From: Candidatus Iainarchaeum sp.
GTDB taxonomy: Archaea; B1Sed10-29; WALL01
NCBI GenBank assembly: GCA_023129115.1
Contig: JAGMCR010000011.1
Coordinates: forward strand, 32,001-96,000
Direction: 5' to 3'
DNA length: 64,000 nt
This document shows, piece after piece, positions 1 to 10,521 of the stretch (position 1 is the stretch's first letter; every line of letters begins with the position of its first letter). The translations under genes and the position numbers were made by a program. Below the pieces are notes generated by a model. That model did not search any database, was not told where the DNA came from, and saw only the letters and a list, made by a program, of their open reading frames with translations.

Positions 1-3000
1 GGGGGCCTTGCCAGTCCCGGTTATGGGTGCCTTCACAGAGACCCCGCTGCCCACGGCAATCTCCTGCCAGTAGTTGAGCCCGCTTATCCCCGGGGCATTG
101 ACGCCCATTGTGAACGTCTGGTCGGCCTCGCCCTGGTTCCGGAACTCTATCTCCACGTCAATTTCCCGCGGGCCTTCCTGCGACAGCGAGCCGAGCGTGT
201 CAAGTGGCAGGAACCTCCCCCAGTTGCAGCCGCCGGGGTATCCCGCTGGCGGGCACACGAGCGCCTTCGGCACGATGGCAGCCTTCACGCCGGGAATCGG
301 CGTGTCGAACTCTATGTCTTCGGGATTAAGGCCTTGCGACCCGTCGACCGTGAAAGTGAGCGGGCTCTTCCTGTTGTTGAAGAACTCGAGCGTGGCCTCC
401 TTGACCGCGCTCATCGCCGCCATCTTCATGATGATGTGGACTGGCTCGCCTTCCCTGATTTCGTACTGGAGGCTCGCGGTCTGCGGCAGCGAGGGCGACA
501 TTGCTTTCGTTTCGCCGCCGGCCTCGTACTCAATCGGCCTGATGTGCTTGGCGCCGCTGGACGGCGGGCGCGAGTCAAGCTTTATGGTGAATGTCTTCGA
601 GTTCTTCTTGGGCATGGCGAGCACGTGCACGTACAGCTGCTCCCCCGGCATAAGCAGCGCGCTCTCGCTCCACATTCCTTCGGGCGCGTCATAAGCACCA
701 AACCCCGCCTTGTAGCTGCTGAAGTACGCGTTGATTAGCTCTGTCCACTCTGTCCCGCCCGTGAGCGTGACCTGTGTTTCCTGCCAGCCGCCCTGGATTT
801 TTTCGCCGCCAGTGGTCTCCCAGCGCGCGCGGTAGTGCAGTGTTGTGCTGCCCCTCGCCTCTGCCTTGGCGATTAATGGAATCGTGACAGTGTGCGTCCC
901 GCCGGGGGCAGAGTACCGGATGTACTTTGAAGTGCCTGGCTCTTCCTTGATGGGCGGCTCGCCGCCGCTGTAGACGTCACTCGCCTTGACAGTGCTCCCG
1001 CTTGGGCCCATTACCTCGCCGAGCTCGACGGGCGTGTTGATTGGGTGGTCCTTGCTGCCCTGCTCTCCGCTCCATACCTCGATTACTGTGGCGGCGTACT
1101 GCTTCCGCGCGCCGAGTGAGCTGACAGTCGCCTGGGCAGTGCCGCCCGGGAGCATGGAGTCCGGCGCATCCATCACAACCGATTCTCCACCCACTGGGTC
1201 GGGCGTGCTGAACATCAGGTAGGCCTCAGTGTCGCCGGTCACGAGTATGCTGCTGCTACTGGCCGGCGGGTAGTCCCTGTACTCGCCCTCGAGGTAAATG
1301 CTCTGGCTGAGGTAGACCTCAAACTCGGCTTTCCCGTCCGCGCCGGTCTGCTTCTCGTCCAGCTTTTCGCCAGTGGCCCTGGACAGGAGCCGCACTGTTG
1401 CCCCACTCAAAAACTCTGTGAGCGTCTTGGCCCTCACCGCCAAAACAAATCCCTTGGGCTGGACAGTTATTGTCTTTTCGACCACACCCCCTGCCGCCAG
1501 CTCGAATCCCTCAAACTCCTGCGGGCTTGGGGTCGCGGGCGCGACTGCGCTGAGCCCGTACTGCCCGGGCGCCATGCCCTCGAACACGCACTTGCCGCTG
1601 TCGCCGGTGATGCAGTCGCCTGCCGTGATGTCGCCCCACGTGAGGAGCACGCGGGCGTTTTGGAGCGGCATTGTATCGGGGGCGAGCACGATTATTTTGA
1701 TTATCCCTTCGTCGCCTTCCACGACCTCGGCAAGGTCTATGTCGGCGGCTTCGCCAGCGCTGAACTGTGTGCTCCCGGGGTAGTAGCCACGCGGCGCCGA
1801 CTCTGCGCTGTATGTCCCACTGTCGAGCGAGACTGTCTTCTGCCCGCTGGCGTCGGCATTGGCCTTGACAAGGGTGACGCCGCCCTGCTTGACCATGATT
1901 GGCGCCCCGGCGAGCGGCGAGCCGCTGCCTGTGACGCGTATAGTGCTTTGCAGCCCGTCGTCCATCTTGAGCAGCACTTCCATTGAGTCGTCCGCCTTCA
2001 GGAGGCTGCTTGTTGCCGGGGCGTACACTTGGTTCAGGTCTTCTGCCCTCACCATGAACTCGAGGCCTTCAGCGATTTTGAGGACTGCGCTGCCGTCGAT
2101 GTTGGTGACGTCACTGGTTTTTGTGTTGCGGTAGCCCGTGATGTACTCGTTGCCGAGCGTGTCAATTGCAAGCACCCTGATGTTCGCAAGGCCCTGCCCA
2201 TCGCGGTTCTCGACTGTCACGTAAACGTTGTACAATGTTTCTGCCTTGAGCCCGCCTGTCCCGCTTGCGTGCACGAGGACTTCGCCGCTGATTCGCGCTT
2301 CGCTGACTATTTCGTCTGCGGTTGCGCGGCGGCTGTGCCAGTCGCAGTCGATGAATATTTCGTAGTCGTCCTGCACGCACTTTTCTGTGGAGAACATGAG
2401 GCGGTTCGTGCTGTCGATTACCCACTGGGTGTCTACTTCTCTGCCGTCTGGCGTGGTGGCGCTGAGCCGGCAGTTGCTTGGCTCGATGTTGTCTTCGCCC
2501 ACGATTCTTGCTGTGGAAAGTGTTTCTGGGAGCTCGAGGCATCCGCCGAATATTGCGCTGGTGAGGCACTCCATGTCGATTTCCCTTTCGCCGTCGCCAT
2601 CGACTTCTATTTCCAGTTCCCTGTCCTCACAGTTTTCGCGCGAGAGCTCGAGCCTGACTGTGCCGCGCGGCAATGACAGCTCCACTATTCCGTCGCTGCC
2701 TGTTTCGCCGCTGTCCACAAGGGTTTCCCCGGCGTATGCGCTCACTTGGACGCTGTCGAGCGCGCGGCCGTCGGCGCTTGCCTTGATTGTTATCTGGGCA
2801 CCCCCGCCCCCAAGGAAGAGGAATGCGATTCCGCCGATGATGAGCAGCAGCACAGCAATCGCGACGAGCACGCTCGGCACTTTTTCGTCGATTGGGTCAA
2901 TCACCTTGTACACGGGCACGCCTTTCGAGTCCAGAAAGTCAAGCAATGAGTACCACGGCCCCTCGAGGGCTGACAGTATCCCACCCCCCTGCTTTGCCGG

Positions 3001-3033
3001 CACCGGCGCCTGCCCACTCGTCGTCTCGTCCAT
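1..3033 (-). CDS. Giant surface protein paralog 3 (N-terminal membrane anchor, carboxypeptidase-regulatory-like/Ig repeats); 3' end lies beyond the window, >1010 aa
   Basis: Absent from the ORF track because no stop falls in the window. Hand translation from ATG 3033 gives MDETTSGQAPVPAKQGGGILSALEGPWYSLLDFLDSKGVPVYKVIDPIDEKVPSVLVAIAVLLLIIGGIAF, matching the N-termini of the two upstream giants. A GGTGA RBS at 3041-3045 overlaps the previous stop. Plus-strand shadow ORFs keep one register down to the window start. Confidence 0.9.
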   Translation of the reverse strand, partial: MDETTSGQAPVPAKQGGGILSALEGPWYSLLDFLDSKGVPVYKVIDPIDEKVPSVLVAIAVLLLIIGGIAFLFLGGGGAQITIKASADGRALDSVQVSAYAGETLVDSGETGSDGIVELSLPRGTVRLELSRENCEDRELEIEVDGDGEREIDMECLTSAIFGGCLELPETLSTARIVGEDNIEPSNCRLSATTPDGREVDTQWVIDSTNRLMFSTEKCVQDDYEIFIDCDWHSRRATADEIVSEARISGEVLVHASGTGGLKAETLYNVYVTVENRDGQGLANIRVLAIDTLGNEYITGYRNTKTSDVTNIDGSAVLKIAEGLEFMVRAEDLNQVYAPATSSLLKADDSMEVLLKMDDGLQSTIRVTGSGSPLAGAPIMVKQGGVTLVKANADASGQKTVSLDSGTYSAESAPRGYYPGSTQFSAGEAADIDLAEVVEGDEGIIKIIVLAPDTMPLQNARVLLTWGDITAGDCITGDSGKCVFEGMAPGQYGLSAVAPATPSPQEFEGFELAAGGVVEKTITVQPKGFVLAVRAKTLTEFLSGATVRLLSRATGEKLDEKQTGADGKAEFEVYLSQSIYLEGEYRDYPPASSSSILVTGDTEAYLMFSTPDPVGGESVVMDAPDSMLPGGTAQATVSSLGARKQYAATVIEVWSGEQGSKDHPINTPVELGEVMGPSGSTVKASDVYSGGEPPIKEEPGTSKYIRYSAPGGTHTVTIPLIAKAEARGSTTLHYRARWETTGGEKIQGGWQETQVTLTGGTEWTELINAYFSSYKAGFGAYDAPEGMWSESALLMPGEQLYVHVLAMPKKNSKTFTIKLDSRPPSSGAKHIRPIEYEAGGETKAMSPSLPQTASLQYEIREGEPVHIIMKMAAMSAVKEATLEFFNNRKSPLTFTVDGSQGLNPEDIEFDTPIPGVKAAIVPKALVCPPAGYPGGCNWGRFLPLDTLGSLSQEGPREIDVEIEFRNQGEADQTFTMGVNAPGISGLNYWQEIAVGSGVSVKAPITGTGKAP

Positions 3034-3044
3034 TGCTTTTTCAC

Positions 3045-6000
3045 CTATACTATCGGTACGGCATCCACTTCTGTATCACTTTGTGTTTCGCATGTTTTCG
3101 TGCCCTCACGCCACTCATACCAATAATCCCAATTGCTCTCGCATGAAACAAAGTCAAAAGAGATTCCGTCCGCAAAGTAGCCACTGTCCCTGCTTGCTGC
3201 CCTGCACTCGTCCTCGTTCAGCCACTCGCCATAGTCCTCGTAGTCGTTAAGGAGGTCCCATGATGCAAAGCAGCCATCTATCACAACATCATAGCCACTG
3301 GGGGCTGCCACTCCTATCCCCATGTCTATCTCAGCCGCATCACAAGCAATGTGTCCGAGGCCCATCCCACCAAGGCCAAGAACAACAATACCAATTACTC
3401 CGGCAACCCCGACTATTGTAAGGGGGGTAGTTAGCCCAACGGTAATTACGTTCAGAGCCACCAATGAAATCACGATAAGTGCTGCCAGGGCAGCCGCACC
3501 AATGGCAATGAATGCCCCTTTCCAGAAGCCCTCGCATACCTCATCATGGCAGTCCTGCATATTGTCGTACGCAACGTAAGTATACATGCAATGCTTGTAT
3601 TCCCCGCCAACACATTCCCCATAGCCGAGGGTTTTGCATCCAAGCGCACTGTTGAATTCCCCATCCCTGTTGACGTCTTCCTTGTTGCCGACGCGGTCCT
3701 CGGCATAGTAGCAAACAGAGTACCCTCCCTCGTCTTGGTCTTCTTCGGTGAAGCTTGTGGAAGCGAAGTACCTCCACCTCTTTTTCCCCGTCTCCAGCGC
3801 CTTTGTATCGAGCTGGACCATGCTGTGGTACTCTTCGTCAAGCTTCACTGTTTTGTCTTTAACTGATATCCCAACCTTAGTGAATCTCTCAAATGCACTA
3901 GCATCAATCCCATAGCCTGCCAATTCCTCGTCTGAAAGGCGTATATTCGCGACATTGTCAAAGTCATTAACTTCAAATCCTGCTTCCCAAGCCACGCTAG
4001 CACAGCCACCCTCGCCGCCCTTGCCGATGCCGGTGTATACCTTCGCAGTGCTTGCGTAGTCCCCAACTGCTTTGCCATTGCTGTCGACACCCACAAAGTT
4101 TGTGCGCAGGTTCTGCGGGGCCTTAACCTTTCGTTCGTCGCCAGTGGCCTGGCTCAACCCCACGTACGTGGTAACCGGCGGAGTCGTGTCGAGCACAATC
4201 GGGTCCAGCGCCCGCGACATCATAACCGGGACGCCAATCTCGGCGCACTGTATCTGTATCCCCGTGTTCCGCCCCTCCCGTGTGATGACCCGGTCGCCGG
4301 ACGGGCTAATCGTCGGGCAGTTGTAAAACTTCTTGTAGTCCGAAATGCTCTTGGTGGGCGGTCCGCAGCTCACGCTCACGCCCATCGAGTTGCTGATACT
4401 GCACCCGGTCAGCGGGTTCTCGGCAGACACGGAAATCGGAATCACGAGATTGTCCGTGTTGACAATGAAGTAGCCACCCATCTCCATGAACCCGTGGACC
4501 TCTCCCTTGTCCTGGTCACACTTCGCGTCCGGCGTCGGGCCGTCAAGCGTCTTCATCCGCTCCAGCTCTGTAACAGGCGGGTCGCGGTAGGACTCGCAGC
4601 TGTACTGGATTCCTATTTCCGCCGTGCTCATCCTGAACACAGTCTTCTCTTTTCCCGCGGTGTTGCCGTGCACGTCAGTGCACGTTATGTTGAGCCTGTT
4701 GTGGCCCGTTGCCGTTGGCTCGCACCGGTCCATGATGTCCTCGTTCAGTGCGAGCGGCGGCGTGTCGCACGTCACCGTGTACTTGTTCCCGAGCAGCGGG
4801 TCGTCCACCGGGATGCCCACGGAGCACGTGCTCTCGTGAAGCTCTGGCGGGCATTCCCCGATTATCTTGCATTCAGCGACTTCGTACTTGTCAGTCACAG
4901 TGAACGTCGCCTTGACAGTCTCTTCTGTCGTCGCGCGATCCATTTTTTCGATTGTTATCACTGGCGCGTTGCGGTCGAGTATAATCTGCATGGACTCCCT
5001 CGTGGACCAGAGCCCGTCCGGCGACACACACGCCGCCTTCACTGTGTACATGCCGTCGCTTTCCTGGTTGAGGTTCCATTCATAGACCATAAGCGTGTTC
5101 TCGTCCTTCCACGGGTAAAAGTCCTTCCCGTACGGCGCGCCGTATGTAGCCGGCGACTGGCTCCCGCGCTCGCCGTCATAGTTCCAGACGTGGCACGTGG
5201 CGACCTCGCCCTCCACTTCAATTTCGACTGAAATCGTGGGGTCGCCAGTGGCTTTGGCGCCCAATTCGTACGGCGTGAGGGAATGGAGTTTCATTGATAT
5301 CTTTGGTATTTCGAGGCCGCCTGCCTGCACGCACTTGTCGAGGTCGAACACCTGCTGGCTGTTCCCTGTAAGGCGCAGGCTCCCGGAGTCGCCAAGCGTC
5401 CAGTACAAGGCCAGGTTCGAGAGCATGCACTCCCTGTGCCTTTCCAGGTTGTCCTCGCGCTCGTAGACAATCCCCATCTGCACGTCCCCATACGAGTCAA
5501 TGTTAAAGAATCCCGTGCTCTCGTACTCTGGCTTGAGCCACTTGTGCTTCGGGTCAGTGAGCTCCGCGTACTCGCTGGCGGTGAACTCCCTGTAGCTGAC
5601 CACATGCGGGGCCTCGCTTTCCCCGACAACCTCTTCCGGGTCAAAGTTCCCAAACAAGTGCTCCTTCGGCACGTACTTGTACACTGTTGAAGTAAACTTG
5701 TTGAGGTCGCTGTCCTGGGTGAAGCCGGCGTACTTGACTATCAGGAATGTCCTGGCCTCGTCGCGCAAGCCCTCGTCGTAGTTCATCATGCCGAGGAACA
5801 CGTTGGGGCTTTGGCCGCACCATCCCCAGCCGGCGTCCATGTCGATGTTGGCAGTGATTTTCTCGCCAAGCCCCTTCTCGAAAAGAATGGTCACCACGCC
5901 GCAGCCGATTTGTTCCTGGCTAATCACGAGGCTCCCGTCCTTGGCAAACGCGGCCTTGTGGACCACGTCACTGATGTACCTCGACCCATGCGCCATCCTC

Positions 6001-9000
6001 GCCTCGGACATTACCACGGGCGTGACCACGTCGTCCGCCAGCGCGAACTTCCTCACGAGCTGGAGGTTGTCGCTCTGCTTGAGCTCTTCCGCGGCCCTTA
6101 TCACGGCCATGCTGAACTGCTCGGCGTCACAGATGTACGCGATGTCGTTGTACGAGGCGCACGAGTCAGGAGTTATCTTGCTTGCCCTGATGCTTTCCCT
6201 GAACGTCTTGGTGGCCCTGAACTGCTGCCTGGCCTCTGGCCCGCCCTCGAACGCGCAGCTGAACATTATCGAGTAAGTCCCGGTGTCGAGCGCGTCACTC
6301 GTCTTCGGCTCTGCCTCGACCTCAATCTTGTTCACGCTCGGCGCGAGGTTGCACCCGGTGCCGGGCGGCTTGGCGCTTATCCACAGCTCTGCCCGGCCGC
6401 GCGCCGGGATGTCGCTGTCCTCGCCCACGAGCTCAAAGCCCTGCGCGTCGAATATTTTCACTCCACTGTCCAGCCCGTAGTTCTGTCCCTGCGGGTCGTT
6501 GTCGAGCTCTTCGTCCAGAGTCAATTCGAGTACCTCGTCCCAGTTATTCGTGACCACGGTGTAAGTGACGGCCTTGCTCGGCGTGTCGTCGTCCAGCACA
6601 ACACTGTTGTTTGCGGTCACCGGCTCGATGAGCGTGCCGTGCACTTCGTACGACCTCTCGAGCCAGCCGAACTCGGGGTGGCTCGCCTGCACCTTGAGGA
6701 AGCCCCAGTCAAAGTCAAGCCCTGCCGGGAGCGTTGTGTAGACTGTCTTGTTCCTGAAGCCGAGCGCCCTTGCCGCCCAGTACTCTTCCCCGCTCTTCGA
6801 GAGGCGTATCGCGTCGGCGTGCCCGTTTGTGTCGAACCCGTCCCCAATCACTTCGCCCTTCGGCTCCTCGAAGCTCTTCCGCAGCACCACGACCTGTATT
6901 TCTTTTGCGTGCGTGCTGAGCGCATTAAGCTCCGCGCCGCCAGCGCCCATTGCCACGAGCCCGAACTCGTAGCTAATCGCGGCGTGCGGGACTGTCTTCC
7001 ACACCTGCTCCTCCAGCCCCTCGGCCCAGAGGTAAACGTTGATTCCCCCGCCGTTCGCAGAAGCGCCCGTGCCGGTTATCACTGCTTCCCTTATCCCGTT
7101 CGCCGGCAGCTCGACTTTGTCGGGGTAGTCCAGGCCCTCGATGCCTGTGCCCTCGGCCCTTAGCAGGACTTCCTTGGCCGTGGCCTCGGCATTCCTGAGC
7201 CCCACTTTTATCTTGAACTCCCTGCCCTCTGCGCGGAACAGGTCATAGCTTGGCATTGTCCCGCCGGCAGGCATCTCGCCCTCGGCACAGCTGCCGGTGT
7301 AGGGCGGGCTCGGGCAAAGCGTGGTGAGCACGCGCATCCTGGCCTCGACATTGGGGATGACTGTCTCTTCGAACCCCTGCGAGATGTCCTTCACGCGGTA
7401 GTGGAGCGTGTTCTCGAGGTCGTTGAGCACCGCAATCTCCGCGTCTGCAGAGCCGTTCGGCCGCATCGAGACAACGAGGTGCAGCTCGTCGTCCACGTCC
7501 AGCGCGTAGTAGTCCTTTTCCTGTTTCGCCGGCGAAATCGTGGCGGGCAGCGACCCGTCGAGCTCTTCTGAATAAATCGTCCGCACCTTGCCGTCCGCCT
7601 TTTTTATCACGCCGCGGTAGGCGAGCGGAAGCATGTGCTTTTCCCCTGCACTCATGGGCGGGAACGAGTCTATCTTCACGACGTAGCTGTCGCTTTCCCT
7701 CGCCGCAATCGCCCGCACGTGCAGGAACGCGGTCGAGCCAGTGGTGAACATGGGCACGCCGTCTTCCTCGACCTGGATTTCCTCTTGGTCAATGGGGAAG
7801 AATGGCAGGCCCAGCTCTTCCTTTTTTTCCGCCTGTTCCTCGCCCTCTATCTCGGGGCTGGTGCTGAGGAACCGGTTGTACGAGCTGAAGTCGCCGGTCG
7901 CCGGGAACCACCCTGCCTTGTCTTCTCCCGCGCCAAGCACGTTAAGCGTCGCCTCTGCCCAGTCGCCGCCGTGGCTCGTGAAAATCCTTCTCTCGCTGTC
8001 GGTCCAGCTGGCGCGGTAGCGCACAGTGACCTCGCCGCTTGCCTCTCCCCTCGCGAACAGCGGAATTTCTATCTCATAAACAGTTGGCTCGTAGTCAGTA
8101 ATCGTAAACCTCAGGTACTTGCTTGACGTGCCCGGGCTTCCGTACACAGAGTCCTGGCCGTACGTGTAAGCGTCGCTCGCCGCGACAGTGACGCGCGGCC
8201 GCTGCTGCTTGTCGAACACGTAAGTGTCTATGGAGCCGAGCACCACGGGCGTCTGTATCGGGTTGGACTTGTCGCCCGGGTCGCCCACCCATATTTCGGC
8301 TACCGCCTTGTCGTAGTTTTCGCGCGTTTTCTCGTCCGCGTACGGCAGCTCAATCACGAGCTTGGCGGTGTACAGCTTGCCGGCGGAGAGCTCGCCCGCC
8401 TCTGGCGGGGTGAACGAGACAGTGCGCGTGATTTGGCTCAAGTCAATTTCCATGTCCCTGTCGGAGTTGAGCGTGAACGGGCTTGTGGTTGTGGGCCCGA
8501 AGTCCCCCATGTCCCCGTGGTACTCTGCCTCGACATAGACTTTTTTGCCGCGGTACGTCGTGAACTTGACGCGGCGGTTCTCGCCGCTTTTCCCGCTGTC
8601 CAGCTTTTCGGGCACGCCGTAGCTGATGTCGTAAAGCGTTACCTTGACGTCCTTGGCCGGGTTGTGGTTGACCTTGGTGAGCACGCGGAGCTCGACTTCT
8701 GCCGGGGCCACGAGCAGCTTCCGCTCGACTGTCGCCCCTGCGGCGAGCGTGATTTTCTCGCTCTCCTGGTAGCCAATCGCGCCCGGCGGCGTCGCCCTAA
8801 GCCTGTAGTCGCCGGCCAGCACTTTCCTGAACTCGCACATCCCGCTGCTGGGAGTGGTGCACGTCTTGTACACCATGCCGCTTTCTGTCACCAGGTCAAT
8901 CCTGACCTGCGCGAAGCCTTCCTCTATGCCCTTGGCGTTCAGTGCGGTCGCCCTGATGGTGCCGGAGTTGCTGTCGTCCAGCTTTTCCAGCACTATCTGC

Positions 9001-10445
9001 GAGTCGACCCCGCCGGTGACACTCGTCTCCAGCGGAATATAGTCCTCGTGGATTATTTGTGCGTCGTAGAGCTCGCCCTTGTCGAGCACGAGCGTCGCGC
9101 GGCCCTGGAAATCGGTCTTTTTCTCGATTATTGGGTCACCCATGACGCGGACAGTGGCGTACGCGACGGGCTTTTCGCCCACAACTGTTATCGTGGTCGG
9201 GAACCCCCTCTGCAGTACGAGCGAGAGCTCCTGCTGCCGCGTCTGTATCATCAGCCCGCTCTTGGTCGGGCGGTATACGTCCATTGAGTCTTCTGCCTTG
9301 ACGTAGTAGTTCTGCCCCGACGGGAGCACGAGCGTCGCGGTCCCGTTTTGGGTCCTGTCCTCGACAATGGTGTTGTCGTACCCGGTCTCGAGCAGCACGT
9401 CCCCCGAGTCCACGGCAGTTATTGTTATGCCGTCGAGCGCTTCGCCAGTGTCTGCCCTGACCGTGACGTAGGTCGAGTAAGTGACGTCGGTCTCTGGCTC
9501 GCTGCTGTTGCCGCCTGGCGGCACCGGGTCGTCGCCGGGCGGGATGAACTCATCCTTTCGCGTGTCTTGGCCGCACGTGTCGGCGTCCTGCGCGTTGTTG
9601 ATGCCGTCGCCGTCCACGTCGAGGTCGTCGACGTCAAAGATTCCGTCGTTGTCGTTGTCCTTGTCGCGCGAGTCGGGAATGCCGTCGGCGTCGCAGTCGC
9701 CCTGGCCAATGATGTCGCCGCCCGCGCCGCGCTTGCTAATCGTGACTTCCCCGCGCTCAATCATTTCGTTGCGGAGCTCGTCGATGAAGAGCGTGCGCTG
9801 GTGCCCCAAACAGCTGACCTGTATCTGGTAGTCGTCCTGCAGGCATACTGAGTCGTCGAGGAACATGGTGTTGCCGTCGATTCCCCAGTCGATTTCGATG
9901 GGGTCGCCGCCGTCCAAGGCAACAACCGAGCAGTCCACCAATGGCGTGTTGCCTTCGCCGACTACTGTGGCTGTCGAGTACTCTTCTGAGATAGTGCTGC
10001 ATCCCGCGAACTGCGGCGTCACCCTGCACAATAGGTCGAACTCTATTTCGCCGGGCGGCACAATGAACTCGGATTGGCTTTCGCAGTCCGCGCTGCTTGC
10101 CTCGACCTTGATTTCTTCTCCTGCCGGCAGCTCCAGCTCCGCAACACCGTCGCTCCCTGTCATCGCTTCAAGCCCAAATGCCGCCACAGTGGCGCCCTCG
10201 AGCGGTGTTTCGGCGGACGTGACTGTGACAGTGACTATGCCTGTGCCAAGCCCTGCGCCCATCAGGACATACGCAGCCAATGCAGCCACAATAATAAGCA
10301 CTCCCGCCACAAGCGGAAGAGACGGAATGCCGGCGTTTTCGATTGGGTCTATTATATTGTAGACTGGCACGCCTTTGTCGCTCAAAGAGTCCAGAAGCGC
10401 GTACCATTTGTCTTCAATCTGCCGGTATATTGCTGCCGCGTCCAA
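3045..10445 (-). CDS. Giant surface protein paralog 2, 2466 aa: N-terminal TM, carboxypeptidase-regulatory-like repeats, TSP3-like Ca-binding repeats, Cys-paired Ig-like domains, C-terminal hydrophobic hairpin
   Basis: Long ORF with TTG start, GGTGG RBS and TATA box. Motif YRQIEDKWYALLDSLSDKGVPVYNIIDPIE then a TM helix; DxDxDG array; CDAEQFS motif; DRNAP/DTTPP linkers. Confidence 0.9.
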   Translation of the reverse strand: MDAAAIYRQIEDKWYALLDSLSDKGVPVYNIIDPIENAGIPSLPLVAGVLIIVAALAAYVLMGAGLGTGIVTVTVTSAETPLEGATVAAFGLEAMTGSDGVAELELPAGEEIKVEASSADCESQSEFIVPPGEIEFDLLCRVTPQFAGCSTISEEYSTATVVGEGNTPLVDCSVVALDGGDPIEIDWGIDGNTMFLDDSVCLQDDYQIQVSCLGHQRTLFIDELRNEMIERGEVTISKRGAGGDIIGQGDCDADGIPDSRDKDNDNDGIFDVDDLDVDGDGINNAQDADTCGQDTRKDEFIPPGDDPVPPGGNSSEPETDVTYSTYVTVRADTGEALDGITITAVDSGDVLLETGYDNTIVEDRTQNGTATLVLPSGQNYYVKAEDSMDVYRPTKSGLMIQTRQQELSLVLQRGFPTTITVVGEKPVAYATVRVMGDPIIEKKTDFQGRATLVLDKGELYDAQIIHEDYIPLETSVTGGVDSQIVLEKLDDSNSGTIRATALNAKGIEEGFAQVRIDLVTESGMVYKTCTTPSSGMCEFRKVLAGDYRLRATPPGAIGYQESEKITLAAGATVERKLLVAPAEVELRVLTKVNHNPAKDVKVTLYDISYGVPEKLDSGKSGENRRVKFTTYRGKKVYVEAEYHGDMGDFGPTTTSPFTLNSDRDMEIDLSQITRTVSFTPPEAGELSAGKLYTAKLVIELPYADEKTRENYDKAVAEIWVGDPGDKSNPIQTPVVLGSIDTYVFDKQQRPRVTVAASDAYTYGQDSVYGSPGTSSKYLRFTITDYEPTVYEIEIPLFARGEASGEVTVRYRASWTDSERRIFTSHGGDWAEATLNVLGAGEDKAGWFPATGDFSSYNRFLSTSPEIEGEEQAEKKEELGLPFFPIDQEEIQVEEDGVPMFTTGSTAFLHVRAIAARESDSYVVKIDSFPPMSAGEKHMLPLAYRGVIKKADGKVRTIYSEELDGSLPATISPAKQEKDYYALDVDDELHLVVSMRPNGSADAEIAVLNDLENTLHYRVKDISQGFEETVIPNVEARMRVLTTLCPSPPYTGSCAEGEMPAGGTMPSYDLFRAEGREFKIKVGLRNAEATAKEVLLRAEGTGIEGLDYPDKVELPANGIREAVITGTGASANGGGINVYLWAEGLEEQVWKTVPHAAISYEFGLVAMGAGGAELNALSTHAKEIQVVVLRKSFEEPKGEVIGDGFDTNGHADAIRLSKSGEEYWAARALGFRNKTVYTTLPAGLDFDWGFLKVQASHPEFGWLERSYEVHGTLIEPVTANNSVVLDDDTPSKAVTYTVVTNNWDEVLELTLDEELDNDPQGQNYGLDSGVKIFDAQGFELVGEDSDIPARGRAELWISAKPPGTGCNLAPSVNKIEVEAEPKTSDALDTGTYSIMFSCAFEGGPEARQQFRATKTFRESIRASKITPDSCASYNDIAYICDAEQFSMAVIRAAEELKQSDNLQLVRKFALADDVVTPVVMSEARMAHGSRYISDVVHKAAFAKDGSLVISQEQIGCGVVTILFEKGLGEKITANIDMDAGWGWCGQSPNVFLGMMNYDEGLRDEARTFLIVKYAGFTQDSDLNKFTSTVYKYVPKEHLFGNFDPEEVVGESEAPHVVSYREFTASEYAELTDPKHKWLKPEYESTGFFNIDSYGDVQMGIVYEREDNLERHRECMLSNLALYWTLGDSGSLRLTGNSQQVFDLDKCVQAGGLEIPKISMKLHSLTPYELGAKATGDPTISVEIEVEGEVATCHVWNYDGERGSQSPATYGAPYGKDFYPWKDENTLMVYEWNLNQESDGMYTVKAACVSPDGLWSTRESMQIILDRNAPVITIEKMDRATTEETVKATFTVTDKYEVAECKIIGECPPELHESTCSVGIPVDDPLLGNKYTVTCDTPPLALNEDIMDRCEPTATGHNRLNITCTDVHGNTAGKEKTVFRMSTAEIGIQYSCESYRDPPVTELERMKTLDGPTPDAKCDQDKGEVHGFMEMGGYFIVNTDNLVIPISVSAENPLTGCSISNSMGVSVSCGPPTKSISDYKKFYNCPTISPSGDRVITREGRNTGIQIQCAEIGVPVMMSRALDPIVLDTTPPVTTYVGLSQATGDERKVKAPQNLRTNFVGVDSNGKAVGDYASTAKVYTGIGKGGEGGCASVAWEAGFEVNDFDNVANIRLSDEELAGYGIDASAFERFTKVGISVKDKTVKLDEEYHSMVQLDTKALETGKKRWRYFASTSFTEEDQDEGGYSVCYYAEDRVGNKEDVNRDGEFNSALGCKTLGYGECVGGEYKHCMYTYVAYDNMQDCHDEVCEGFWKGAFIAIGAAALAALIVISLVALNVITVGLTTPLTIVGVAGVIGIVVLGLGGMGLGHIACDAAEIDMGIGVAAPSGYDVVIDGCFASWDLLNDYEDYGEWLNEDECRAASRDSGYFADGISFDFVSCESNWDYWYEWREGTKTCETQSDTEVDAVPIV

Positions 10446-10477
10446 AGAGAACCACCTTTGCTTATGGTTATCATTAA

Positions 10478-10488
10478 GAGTATATAAA
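10478..10488 (-). promoter_or_regulatory. Extended TATA box TTTATATACTC for paralog 2
   Basis: Read directly, about 33 nt upstream of the TTG start. Confidence 0.7.
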
Positions 10489-10521
10489 TATTGGGCGGGG
10501 GTTAGCCACCCATCTGCTTAA

